Below are positions 1 to 9,356 of a DNA stretch of 64,000 nucleotides, one piece after another; position 1 is the stretch's first letter; each line of letters starts with the position of its first letter. The position numbers and the translations under genes are program-made. A model generated the notes under the pieces. The model worked only from the letters and a program-made list of their open reading frames with translations. It searched no databases and had not been told where the DNA came from. This stretch comes from Candidatus Parcubacteria bacterium (GTDB taxonomy: Bacteria; Patescibacteriota; Minisyncoccia; Phycocordibacterales; JAKAEA01): NCBI GenBank assembly GCA_019661945.1, contig JAIFWI010000002.1, forward strand, positions 763 to 64,762, given 5' to 3'.

Positions 1-1228
1 CACTTGTTTGAATAAGCGAGTGAGTGCCAATCAAAATGGGGATTTCACCATTGGCTACCCATTTTAAAAGTTGGGTCCGGGAGATGTCCGTCCAGCTTTT
101 TGGATTTACTTTGGAAGGAAATTTTTTACAGCCTGATGACGTAATCAAGCCAACAGAAATACCTAAATGGAAAAAATACTGAATAAAAGATTCAAAATGC
201 TGCTTGGCTAAAATTTCGGTTGGACACATATAGGCCACTTGAAGAGCGCCAAATGTTTGATTATGCGGCCGAGTTGTAACAGCAGCAAAGGCAGTGGTCG
301 CAGCCACGGCTGTTTTACCTGAGCCGACATCACCTTCAAGCAGGCGTGACATAGGGTGACCAGAGGCAAAATCTTTTAAAATATCGGCAATAGCTTTGCT
401 TTGAGCCTCTGTTTCTTTAAATGGGAAGCGCGAGGTAAATTTCTGGATATCCTCAGGGCTTTTTTCAATAACAAAGGCCGGACTTTTTTCCATTTCTAAA
501 CGATCTTTTTGTTTTCGAAGTTGGATGAAAAAAACTTCTTCAAAAGCAAAACGTTTACGAGCTGACTCGGCATCTGCTTCTTTGCGGGGAGTATGAATCC
601 AAATCAGAGCCGTTTTTAATCCTGGCAAATTATATTTTTTAAGAATCTCTTCAGGAATTGGATCAACGAGTGTTTCCAGAACTCCTGAAGCAAAGATTTT
701 CTGGATAGCATGGTAAAGCCACTTTGAAGTAATACCTTGAGTTTCGGAATAGGTGGGCAGAGGACTGGCGGCTTCATGCGATTCACCAAAAAGAGAAGAT
801 CCGGCCACAGACGGCGGCGCATCAGTCACTTGAAATTCCGGATTAGAAAGATAGAGGAAGCCTTTTTTGCTTTGGGAAATCTTGCCGGTAAATCGGGCAT
901 AGGCGCCTTCGGGCAACATTTTGGCAATATACGGCTGATGAAACCAAACGACTTGAAGTTTGCCGGTAGAATCCTGAAGTTCGCCTTTTGCCATGGGAAT
1001 TCGGGAGCGAAAGCCTTTTTTTAATTCCAGACCGGTAACCTGACCATAGACTGAAGCTGTCTCACCATGCACTAGGTCGGTAATATTTTTAACCTCGCCC
1101 ATATTGATATAGCGGGTTGGAAAGTAATACAAAATATCCTGGACAGTGTGTAGGCCAAGGCGTTTCAACCCTTTTTTTTGAGTATCGAGCAGGCGAAATT
1201 CTTCTAATATTGTAGAGCCGAGGTTCAT
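1..1228 (-). CDS. recG: ATP-dependent DNA helicase RecG, N-terminal part. The gene runs off the left window edge, so it is absent from the ORF track.
   Basis: Manual minus-strand translation from ATG at 1228 gives MNLGSTILEEFRLLDTQKKGLKRLGL... with RecG wedge-domain-like region and Walker A GDVGSGKT; continuous ORF to position 1. Confidence 0.75.
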   Translation of the reverse strand, partial: MNLGSTILEEFRLLDTQKKGLKRLGLHTVQDILYYFPTRYINMGEVKNITDLVHGETASVYGQVTGLELKKGFRSRIPMAKGELQDSTGKLQVVWFHQPYIAKMLPEGAYARFTGKISQSKKGFLYLSNPEFQVTDAPPSVAGSSLFGESHEAASPLPTYSETQGITSKWLYHAIQKIFASGVLETLVDPIPEEILKKYNLPGLKTALIWIHTPRKEADAESARKRFAFEEVFFIQLRKQKDRLEMEKSPAFVIEKSPEDIQKFTSRFPFKETEAQSKAIADILKDFASGHPMSRLLEGDVGSGKTAVAATTAFAAVTTRPHNQTFGALQVAYMCPTEILAKQHFESFIQYFFHLGISVGLITSSGCKKFPSKVNPKSWTDISRTQLLKWVANGEIPILIGTHSLIQTS

Positions 1229-1229
1229 A

Positions 1230-2117
1230 TTATAGTATATCAAATTTCTGACCCCTTTTGACTATAAAACCCTCATTTTGAAGAGCAGAAATATTCTTTT
1301 GAAATTGCTCTGAGGTAACCTTAACATTGTTGAGTTCAAGAAAAGATAAAATACTTTTTTGAGTCTGGGGCTTCAAAGTTATAGCTTTCAGAATGGTTGA
1401 GCGAATCTGGCGGTTCGAGCCTATAAAACTTGATTGCTTTGTATAATGCCGGCTCTGTTTATTTAAATTACCATGAGTTTTCTTGAGCATCACACCATAA
1501 TCCATCAAGGCATGATACCACTCCCTAGGATTATTTTTATCCAATGTCTTTTCAACAAGTAACAAGATATCGGCGTCAGCCACGAGAGGTAAAGTGCCAG
1601 AAGCAGGGGAAGGTGCCGCGCGACTTGCAGCTTGCGAAACGAAGCGCGGCACCTTCCCTTGCTTCTTATAAAAATAAATAAAAACCGTGCGGATGTTGGT
1701 TTCGATAATAGGGAAGGGTTTATTAAATGCAAAAGCCATGATGGCGCCGGCGGTGTACGGACCGATGCCGGGTAATTCTAATATTTTTTCGTAATTGGCT
1801 GGAAGTTTGCCATTATATTTTTCGCAAATGATGGCCGCCGCGCGCTTGAGCGCAAGCGCGCGGCGATTATATCCTAATCCTTGCCATATTTTCAGAACTT
1901 TCTGAAGCGGCGCATCTGCCAAATCTTTGAATGTGGGGAAGTGCTCGAGCCACTCTTCATACTTCTTTACAACTCTGTCAGTCTGAGTCTGCTGGAGCAT
2001 GATTTCCGAGACCAGAATCTTGTAGGGATCTTTAGTCTCTCGCCACGGAAAGGCCCTTTTATGAGCTTTGTAGTACTTCCATATGGTATTTCTGAATTGT
2101 CTGGTATTTATCAACAT
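1230..2117 (-). CDS. HhH-GPD base-excision glycosylase, MutY/Nth-like. No Cys4 Fe-S motif is visible.
   Basis: 295 aa; HhH-GPD motif LPGIGPYTAGAIMAFAF, MutY-like N-term (FPWR, IMLQQTQ); the C4 cluster cysteines are not present. Confidence 0.65.
   Translation of the reverse strand: MLINTRQFRNTIWKYYKAHKRAFPWRETKDPYKILVSEIMLQQTQTDRVVKKYEEWLEHFPTFKDLADAPLQKVLKIWQGLGYNRRALALKRAAAIICEKYNGKLPANYEKILELPGIGPYTAGAIMAFAFNKPFPIIETNIRTVFIYFYKKQGKVPRFVSQAASRAAPSPASGTLPLVADADILLLVEKTLDKNNPREWYHALMDYGVMLKKTHGNLNKQSRHYTKQSSFIGSNRQIRSTILKAITLKPQTQKSILSFLELNNVKVTSEQFQKNISALQNEGFIVKRGQKFDIL
1616..1667. repeat. Perfect 15-bp GC-rich inverted repeat (gggaaggtgccgcgc ... gcgcggcaccttccc) with a 22-nt loop, inserted in-frame inside the glycosylase CDS
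   Basis: Read directly; encodes PRFVSQAASRAAPSPASG, an insertion relative to MutY where the Fe-S loop normally lies. Confidence 0.6.
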
Positions 2118-2577
2118 GTGCGACCATATCCTACCATGATATACTCAATGTATTATCATATAAGTAAAGGCTTATGGAGACCCAACAACCACAACAAGTT
2201 CCTGTAGAAAATAAAGTAAGGAAACCTATTATTTATACCTCCGATCCAGCAGAAGATAATATTTGCGACAGCTGTCAGTAATCAAAAAAATTAAGCAGAA
2301 AAAGAGCCTCGCGGGAGCGGGGCTTTTTGCTGATTGGAGAAGTCGTAAGTGCTACCAGTCCACGATTTGCTGGCTAACTAGAAAATCGTGAACGAGCACC
2401 TTGTCGCCTCGCTTCGGTTTTTGGCTCCGGGCGATCTTGAGCAACTTCATCAGGCGGACGAAGATTGTGCTGAGATCGGACAGTTCGGAAGCTCGATTTC
2501 GCATACGTCCTCCGTGTTGAGGGTTTGCCGTTCCTGAATTTAGCTTAGCAGAAATAGTAAATTAGGCAAGGCTGAGC

Positions 2578-3150
2578 TTACTTCATCTTCAGAATTTGGG
2601 CTTGATAGATTGTGGCGATGACTTGAATACAGCCCATGACAATAAAGAGAGTACTGAAAGGAAATCGGCTGACAATAAGGCCGCCGATGATGATGGCGAT
2701 GCCAGTGGTGATTTGAAATTCGCCGCCGGCCAAGCCCCAAGTGAAACCGGCCCGTTTTCGATCTTCATGCTGAGCATATAAGGCATTCCAGGTTGGCGTT
2801 GAAAGAGCGGCCGCTAAACCAAGGCCTGCTTGAAGTAAAAGTAATTGCTTTGGTGTCTCGATAAAAAGATATCCGAAAGTAAAAATTGCATTCAAGGCAT
2901 AGCCCATAACTAAAAGCCACTCCTTATTAGATCTATCTGAAAATCGGCCAATAATAATGGTTAAGATGCCAGTGACAATAAGATAGGTCGCCCAAGCACT
3001 TGTGATATTTAAAATATCTCCTCCGAGTCTCTGGGTAAATATAGCCAAGAGCGGACCAAACATACCTTCGCCAAGAAACCATAAATTTGCACCGTATAAC
3101 AAAACTGCAATCTTTCTATTCAACTTCGGCGTCAGCATCGTAAAAATCAT
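2578..3150 (-). CDS. Half-size MFS-like transporter (6 TM). Possibly a truncated remnant next to tRNA-Ser.
   Basis: 190 aa, hydrophobic segments typical of an MFS half; a full MFS is about 400 aa. Confidence 0.4.
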   Translation of the reverse strand: MIFTMLTPKLNRKIAVLLYGANLWFLGEGMFGPLLAIFTQRLGGDILNITSAWATYLIVTGILTIIIGRFSDRSNKEWLLVMGYALNAIFTFGYLFIETPKQLLLLQAGLGLAAALSTPTWNALYAQHEDRKRAGFTWGLAGGEFQITTGIAIIIGGLIVSRFPFSTLFIVMGCIQVIATIYQAQILKMK

Positions 3151-3181
3151 TTCTCTATTATAGCAGAGTCAGAATATTATG

Positions 3182-3268
3182 CGGAGACGGTGGGATTCGA
3201 ACCCACGAGAGGTTTTACCCCCTACCTCGTTAGCAGTGAGGCGCTTTCGGCCGCTCAGCCACGTCTCC
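3182..3268 (-). tRNA. tRNA-Ser(GCT)
   Basis: Cloverleaf by eye: GGAGACG acceptor, long variable arm, anticodon loop CTGCTAA, T-arm GGTTCGAATCC. Confidence 0.85.
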
Positions 3269-3412
3269 ATTTACTACAGTACAAGAAATCTATCATATTT
3301 CAGGAGTGAATGAAAGGAAGTAGAGTGTGTACTTGACCTTTGGTATTAATGTGATATAATGAGTTTTGGAATCAACAAGTAACTGAGTTTGTTTACCAAA
3401 AAAGGAGACGTC

Positions 3413-3748
3413 ATGGACAAGGTAGTTCTGACTGTTGCTGTGCTCGGGCTCGTTGTGTGGCTGAGCTCACTCGTGGACAAGGGCTGCTCCGGCAAGAAGG
3501 ATGCCCCGCCGAGTACACCGCCTGCAGTTGTCCGAAAGCAGCCTGCGGTCAGAATGGCCCGGGTGCCGATCGAGAACAAAACGTCGGTGCCGCAGCAGTT
3601 CGATGCCGAAGGTGTCCCCGAGACGACCATCGCGCCGAAGTCCAAGCTCTACGTTGAATTGCCGGTCACAAAGGAGTTCAACGGCTTCAAGACGGTCCGC
3701 TACAAGATCGACGGCAAACCCAAGAAGATGTCCTGGCTTCTCGACTAG
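3413..3748 (+). CDS. Small secreted protein or lipoprotein (signal peptide plus Cys) in a GC-rich island
   Basis: MDKVVLTVAVLGLVVWLSSLVDKGCSG...; AAGGAG RBS 5 nt upstream; region is markedly GC-rich with ORFs open in several frames. Confidence 0.5.
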   Translation: MDKVVLTVAVLGLVVWLSSLVDKGCSGKKDAPPSTPPAVVRKQPAVRMARVPIENKTSVPQQFDAEGVPETTIAPKSKLYVELPVTKEFNGFKTVRYKIDGKPKKMSWLLD

Positions 3749-3764
3749 GACACACCCAAACAAA

Positions 3765-3801
3765 GACCCTTATCGTCGCTTCGCGATGATAAGGGTCTTC
3801 T
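3765..3801 (+). terminator. Rho-independent terminator hairpin (gacccttatcgtcgc / gcgatgataagggtc) followed by a T-rich tail
   Basis: Read directly. Confidence 0.6.
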
Positions 3802-3807
3802 GCTTTA

Positions 3808-4452
3808 TTAATGAGCAATACTAAAGGCGATAACGTTTCTAGCTCCTGATTTGAGGAGCGTAGTTTTTGCTTCGAGGATAGTAGAACCAGTTGTGGTGAC
3901 ATCATCAAGCAGAATTATATTTCTCTTTTTTATTTTTTCTGGTTCTAAGACTGCAAAACAACCTTTCAAATTTTTCAGGCGTTTTGATTTTGAGAGTTTA
4001 GTCTGGGCTTCGGTATGACGAATTTTTTTCAATATATTTTTTTCGAGCATAAATGATCTATTTCTATCTTTTGCTTGAAGAGCCGTAGCAATCATTTCAG
4101 TTTGATTCCAGCCTCGTTCTTGGAGACGTTGGCTTGAAAGGGGAATGGGAATAAGCAGAGGATCAGTAAAGCCTGAAAACAAGGCTTCATCGGCTAGGTA
4201 TTCAATGATTTCATCATACAGAATGTCAGCTAAAAGTCTGGCGAGTGTGTTGTTGCCGCGATATTTTAATTCCCATAATGTTTTTTGAACTAAGGGATGT
4301 TTATAATTGAAAATACTGACAATATCAGCTGAAATCTGCTCAAGTGCTTGTGGCGCTTCCGAAATAAAATCTTCAGCTGTCATTTTTTCGATTCTTTCAA
4401 TATCAATAGGTTGAGGAAATAGTATGTCAATGAAATAGTGTAGGAAATTCAT
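3808..4452 (-). CDS. ComF-family phosphoribosyltransferase (competence protein F-like)
   Basis: 214 aa; C-terminal PRTase motif ILLDDVTTTGSTI. Confidence 0.7.
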   Translation of the reverse strand: MNFLHYFIDILFPQPIDIERIEKMTAEDFISEAPQALEQISADIVSIFNYKHPLVQKTLWELKYRGNNTLARLLADILYDEIIEYLADEALFSGFTDPLLIPIPLSSQRLQERGWNQTEMIATALQAKDRNRSFMLEKNILKKIRHTEAQTKLSKSKRLKNLKGCFAVLEPEKIKKRNIILLDDVTTTGSTILEAKTTLLKSGARNVIAFSIAH

Positions 4453-4522
4453 ATATATATAGTAGCGATAGGTGTTAAAAACTTCTTAAAGACTAATTCA
4501 TCTGTGGTATACTACTTTTGTA

Positions 4523-5686
4523 ATGGCAAACTTTTTTAAGAAGCTTTTTGGTGGAACAAATGCCAGTGTATTGGGTATTGATATTGGATCAGCAGCTATT
4601 AAAATTGTTCAACTTCGAAAGAAATCTGGCCAGGCAGTTCTCGAAACATATGGCTCACTTGCTCTTGGACCATACGGTAATGTTGAAATTGGCCGCTCAC
4701 CAAACTTGCCGCCCGAAAAGATTATTGAAGCGCTCATTGATGTTTTGCGTGAATCACATGTCTCAACAAATCAAGCTGGATTAGCCGTGCCCTATGGGGC
4801 TAGTCTTATTTCAGTAGCAGAATTGCCCGAAGTAGCTGAAGCAGAGCTTATGAAAATTATTCCTTTTGAGGCGCGTAAATATATTCCTGTGCCGCTTTCA
4901 GAAGTGATGCTTGATTGGATGATCATTCCTAAAGCTGTAGGAGCGGCCGATAAAACTCGTCAGTTACAGCAGCCACAGCCTCAATCTCAGGCTCAAGCAG
5001 GAGTTGAGCCAGCTCAGGCACCGCCTTCTCAAGTACAAAAAACAATAGAAGTACTTTTAGTGGCAATGCACAATGAAACTATTTCTCGTTATCAATCAAT
5101 TGTCACTCAGGCTGGTCTCAATGTCAGTTTTCTTGAAATAGAAGCATTCAGCAATATTAGATCAGTCCTTGATCAGGGTGCAACAAGTGAAATGCTTATT
5201 GATATAGGCTCAGCCACGACAAAAGTATATATCGTTGAGAAGGGGATTATTCGTACACCTCATCTTGTTAATCATGGTTCGCAGGACGTAACTATGGCTC
5301 TTTCTTCAAAACTTGGAATTTCCGTCGAGGAAGCTGAAGTCTTGAAACGAGGCCTGGTCAAAGTGCCAGAAGGACAGCAAAAGGATGTTGGTGAAGTGAT
5401 TTTGCAGGCGCTTGAACCGCTTTTCTCAGAAATTAATCAGGTCTTATTGAGTTATCAGAAGCGCTATAATAAGGATATTGCTAAAACTTCCATAGTTGGT
5501 GGCGGTGCCCGTTTAGCTAACCTCCTTACTTTTGCCGAATCAAGAATTAGAACAAATGTTGTTCTGGGCAATCCTTTTGGAAAAACCCTAGCCCCGGCCT
5601 TTTTGGAGCAAGTACTCAAAGAAACTGGACCTGAATTTGCCGGAGCAGTGGGCGTTGCCCTAAGGAAACTGCAAGAACAAGGTTAA
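4523..5686 (+). CDS. pilM: Type IV pilus assembly ATPase-like protein PilM
   Basis: 387 aa actin-like fold; N-terminus LGIDIGSAAIKIV; first gene of the pil operon; Q/P-rich low-complexity insert. Confidence 0.85.
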   Translation: MANFFKKLFGGTNASVLGIDIGSAAIKIVQLRKKSGQAVLETYGSLALGPYGNVEIGRSPNLPPEKIIEALIDVLRESHVSTNQAGLAVPYGASLISVAELPEVAEAELMKIIPFEARKYIPVPLSEVMLDWMIIPKAVGAADKTRQLQQPQPQSQAQAGVEPAQAPPSQVQKTIEVLLVAMHNETISRYQSIVTQAGLNVSFLEIEAFSNIRSVLDQGATSEMLIDIGSATTKVYIVEKGIIRTPHLVNHGSQDVTMALSSKLGISVEEAEVLKRGLVKVPEGQQKDVGEVILQALEPLFSEINQVLLSYQKRYNKDIAKTSIVGGGARLANLLTFAESRIRTNVVLGNPFGKTLAPAFLEQVLKETGPEFAGAVGVALRKLQEQG

Positions 5687-5737
5687 GTGGAAAACTCGTA
5701 CTAGACCTGTAGAGCTTTGTGATACAATAGAATATAC

Positions 5738-6343
5738 ATGGAGGGTAAATTTCAAACATCATTCATTCCAAAAAAATCTGGAGGTGGTCAGCCTTCGTAT
5801 GTCACGCCTGTCAGGACCATAAATTTCTTTACCCTGACAATTATAATTATTTTTGCCACGGTTGTTCTGCTTTCAGCCGGAGTTTATGGTTATAAATGGA
5901 TGCTTAACCGTAACAATGAAGAAATCAAAGATGAGTTAAGCGCAGCTCTTGATGCTCTCAGAAAAGAAAACATCGCAGAGCTTGGCAGACTCGACTCAAG
6001 AATTGAAACAGGTAAAACACTTCTTGGTGAACACGTAGCTCTATCTGAATTCTTTACGTTTTTGAGTAAATCAACGCTACAAAATGTTCGCTTTACAAAT
6101 TTTAGATACAGCCTGACCGGCGATCAGAAAATAACAGTCAGTATGAATGGTATGGCCAGAAACTTCTCTTCCTTGGCCCTTCAGATAGATGAATTTTCAG
6201 CCACAACATCACAAAAGTATATAAAGGGCCCGGTATTTTCCAGTTATAGTTTAGACAAAGCAGGCAATGTTTCGTTTGTGTTTACTGCTGTGGTTAATCC
6301 TGAGTCAATTTTGTATAAGGAGCTTTTTAAAGAAGAACAATGA
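5738..6343 (+). CDS. pilN: PilN-like pilus assembly protein (single N-terminal TM)
   Basis: Position after pilM; one TM then coiled coil. Confidence 0.5.
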   Translation: MEGKFQTSFIPKKSGGGQPSYVTPVRTINFFTLTIIIIFATVVLLSAGVYGYKWMLNRNNEEIKDELSAALDALRKENIAELGRLDSRIETGKTLLGEHVALSEFFTFLSKSTLQNVRFTNFRYSLTGDQKITVSMNGMARNFSSLALQIDEFSATTSQKYIKGPVFSSYSLDKAGNVSFVFTAVVNPESILYKELFKEEQ

Positions 6344-6861
6344 AACTCTTAACCCCTTTATTTTTAATAGTTTTTGCCGGAGCGATACTGTATTTCTTTA
6401 CCTATCCTTGGTATCAGGAAATTCAGGTACTTCGGGCAGAAATAGTTGAGAACCAGGATTCACTTGATCGGGCAGAAAGAGCAAAAACATCGCTCGCTCA
6501 AAAAAGAACTCTCTATGATACTTTTTCTGATGAAGATAAGGCTAAACTTGAGACATTCCTTCCAGATAAAGTAGATGATGTTCGCTGGATCGTTGATCTG
6601 ACCTCGATTACCCGACGCAATAATGCGACACTAAGCGACATTAGAGTGTCCGAAGACTCGCGAGGTTCAACAGAAAGCCCTGTTGGAGTAGTAACCGCGA
6701 CATATAAAGTCAGTCTGCCATATGCTTCCTTTCTTAAATATCTGGCAGATTTGCAGAAGAGTTTAAAATTTACTGACATTAGTTCTGTTGATTTTGCTTC
6801 GTCAGTCACCGGTACAACGTACGACTACATTGTTAATCTTAAAACCTATTGGTTAAAATAA
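6340..6861 (+). CDS. pilO: PilO-like pilus assembly protein
   Basis: Position and architecture (N-terminal TM, coiled coil); 4-nt overlap with the upstream gene. Confidence 0.5.
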   Translation: MKLLTPLFLIVFAGAILYFFTYPWYQEIQVLRAEIVENQDSLDRAERAKTSLAQKRTLYDTFSDEDKAKLETFLPDKVDDVRWIVDLTSITRRNNATLSDIRVSEDSRGSTESPVGVVTATYKVSLPYASFLKYLADLQKSLKFTDISSVDFASSVTGTTYDYIVNLKTYWLK

Positions 6862-6865
6862 TATT

Positions 6866-7180
6866 ATGTACGAGCACCACACAATAAGTAAAACAAAAGT
6901 CAGCCTCATCGTTCTCTTCCTTGTTGGTGTCTGTATTGGCTACGATCAATTATTTGTTAACCGAGTTACCGCGCAGGAGACGCCATTGTCAGCACTTACT
7001 GTGGAATCATTGAGTATTATTAATAAGATTGAAGCTCTGAAGCTCGATAATAGTATTCTGAATGATGAAGCTTTTATGAGTCTTGAAGACTACTCTGTCC
7101 TCATCGAAAAGGAACCTGTCGGACGTCCTAATCCATTTGCACCCTTTACTGGTCAAGTAAGCCAACCACGAGGGCGCTAA
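6866..7180 (+). CDS. Small membrane-anchored protein in the pilus operon (PilP-like?)
   Basis: 104 aa, N-terminal TM, operon context only. Confidence 0.3.
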   Translation: MYEHHTISKTKVSLIVLFLVGVCIGYDQLFVNRVTAQETPLSALTVESLSIINKIEALKLDNSILNDEAFMSLEDYSVLIEKEPVGRPNPFAPFTGQVSQPRGR

Positions 7181-7192
7181 CTATAAGCCCTT

Positions 7193-8938
7193 ATGACACT
7201 GCTAGACGCTCTTGCAGAAAAAAAACTAATCTCTAAAAGCCAGGCTGCGGAAATTCGAGAAGAAGTAGAACGCGGCGACAAAACCCTTGAGATTGCACTC
7301 AAGGATAGAGGCATTACCGAAGAACAAATTCTGATAGTTAAATCAGAAGTGTTGGAGGTGCCGGTCCGGACTATTCAGAATGTGGAGACCTTACAGTCAT
7401 CGGTACTCGATTACATTCCTGAAGAATCGGCCATTCACTATAAATTTATTCCACTCGGAGTAAAAGATGGTGTGCTTGAAGTTGGACTTGTTGATCCTGA
7501 CAATATTGAAGCTCGGGATGCTCTAAGCTTTATTTCCACAAAAGTAAATATGCCCTATAAGGCATATCTCATTTCTCAGACTGATTTTGAGAAAGTATTG
7601 GGGGCGTATCGAAATTTAGCTTCTGAAGTAACAAAAGCTCTGGATGATTTGGATTCAGAACTTAAGGGTACAACCCCTGCCCAAGAAGACAAAGTTTCAA
7701 GTACAAAGCCTGGAGAGGGAGCAAAGGGAAAAGAGAATAATGATGATACAAAGATTGTTGAAGATGCGCCGGTAACAAAAATTGTAGCTACCGTTCTGCG
7801 TTATGCCAGTGAGGGCAATGCTTCTGACATTCACATTGAGCCTATGCGAGATAATGTTCGAGTTCGATTTCGCGTTGACGGCATTTTAAATACCAGTTTA
7901 GTCCTGCCAAATAAAGTTCATGCAGCTTTGGCCGCCCGCATAAAAATACTTTCAAACATGCGTCTTGATGAAAAAAGAAAACCTCAGGACGGACGTTTTT
8001 CGGCAAAAATTGAAGGACACAAAATTGATTTCCGTGTTTCGACATTCCCGACATATTTCGGAGAGAAAGTCGTGATGCGTATCCTTGATCAGGAAAAATC
8101 TGTTAAAAATTTCGATGTCATGGGCCTGACTGAACGAAACTTAAATCTTATTAAGGCTGCTATCAAGAAACCATATGGTTTGATTCTTATTTCTGGTCCA
8201 ACCGGTTCCGGAAAAACCACGACGCTCTATTCTATGTTGAGCCTTGTCGATCGTGAACGAAAAAATGTTCTATCCCTCGAAGATCCGATTGAATACAATA
8301 TGGATGGTGTCAATCAGTCTCAGATTCGACCGGAAATCGGCTACACCTTTGCCAATGGTCTGCGTACTACCTTGCGTCAAGACCCGAACGTTATTTTGGT
8401 GGGAGAGATTCGAGATAAAGAAACAGCTCAGCTTGCCGTCCAGGCGGCTCTTACCGGACACTTGGTGCTTTCAACCATTCACACCAATAACTCTGTTGGT
8501 GTAATTCCGCGTCTCATTGATATGGGAGTTGATCCGTATCTTATTGCGCCGACGCTTGTTTTGGCTGTTGGTCAGCGTCTGGCGGCCATGCTTTGTCCTG
8601 GGGCTGGTAAAGAAATTCCGGTGGAAGGGAGCCTGAGAGTTCGAATAGATAAGCAATTTGAAGATTTACCAGCCGAAATTAGGAAACAAATTCAAATCCC
8701 GGCCACTATACGGGAAGTTGAGCCAACCTCAGAATGTCCAAGCGGTACACGCGGCAGAGCACCTGTCTTTGAAATGTTTGAAATGGATAAAGACATTGAG
8801 CGAGCCATATTATCCAATGCCACGGAGCTCGAAATTTCAAAAATCGTTCGCCAGAAAGGCATGCTTAACATGCGGGAAGACGCTTGGCTCAAGGCTTTTC
8901 GGGGGGAACTGCCTATCGAGGAGGTAAACAAATTGTAA
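7193..8938 (+). CDS. pilB: Type IV pilus extension ATPase PilB (GspE family)
   Basis: 581 aa; Walker A GPTGSGKTTT, Asp box, His box, C-terminal tetracysteine-like region. Confidence 0.9.
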   Translation: MTLLDALAEKKLISKSQAAEIREEVERGDKTLEIALKDRGITEEQILIVKSEVLEVPVRTIQNVETLQSSVLDYIPEESAIHYKFIPLGVKDGVLEVGLVDPDNIEARDALSFISTKVNMPYKAYLISQTDFEKVLGAYRNLASEVTKALDDLDSELKGTTPAQEDKVSSTKPGEGAKGKENNDDTKIVEDAPVTKIVATVLRYASEGNASDIHIEPMRDNVRVRFRVDGILNTSLVLPNKVHAALAARIKILSNMRLDEKRKPQDGRFSAKIEGHKIDFRVSTFPTYFGEKVVMRILDQEKSVKNFDVMGLTERNLNLIKAAIKKPYGLILISGPTGSGKTTTLYSMLSLVDRERKNVLSLEDPIEYNMDGVNQSQIRPEIGYTFANGLRTTLRQDPNVILVGEIRDKETAQLAVQAALTGHLVLSTIHTNNSVGVIPRLIDMGVDPYLIAPTLVLAVGQRLAAMLCPGAGKEIPVEGSLRVRIDKQFEDLPAEIRKQIQIPATIREVEPTSECPSGTRGRAPVFEMFEMDKDIERAILSNATELEISKIVRQKGMLNMREDAWLKAFRGELPIEEVNKL

Positions 8939-8957
8939 GCTGTGGTATACTAAAATC

Positions 8958-9356
8958 ATGGATACTCAACCGAAATACAAAGTTTTTCTGATCGATGATG
9001 ACACCTTTTTACTGAATATGTATTCGCTTAAATTTTCAAAAAGTGGTTTTGAAGTGAATACTGCCCAGACCACTCATGAAGCTTTGCAGAAAATCAAACA
9101 AGGATATGAGCCAGACATCATGTTAATTGACATTATTATGCCCGGAATGGATGGTCTTGAGATGCTTTCGGAAATACGCAAAGAGAATCTTGCCCCAAAG
9201 GCAACCGTAATCATGCTTACTAATCAAAGTGATACCACGGACATTGAAAAAGCAAAAGGTCTTGATGTGGATGGGTATATTGTTAAAGCCACTACTATTC
9301 CATCAGAAGTTATAAGCGATGTCGTGGAAATTCATAAAAAACATACACAATCATGA
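8958..9356 (+). CDS. Stand-alone response regulator receiver (CheY-like) between pilB and pilT
   Basis: 132 aa; DD...D phospho-acceptor pattern (FLIDDD, MLIDIIMPGMDG), conserved K. Confidence 0.8.
   Translation: MDTQPKYKVFLIDDDTFLLNMYSLKFSKSGFEVNTAQTTHEALQKIKQGYEPDIMLIDIIMPGMDGLEMLSEIRKENLAPKATVIMLTNQSDTTDIEKAKGLDVDGYIVKATTIPSEVISDVVEIHKKHTQS

Noticed and set aside
616-1024. ORFs 616-822(-) and 737-1024(+) in the track
   Set aside because: They lie inside the long minus-strand recG reading frame (in other frames); recG itself is missing from the track only because it runs off the window edge
3346-3908. Stack of overlapping ORFs in five frames (3346-3645, 3457-3657, 3467-3763, 3501-3824, 3687-3908)
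   Set aside because: An artefact of high GC (few stop codons); only the signal-peptide ORF with AAGGAG RBS (3413-3748) is supported
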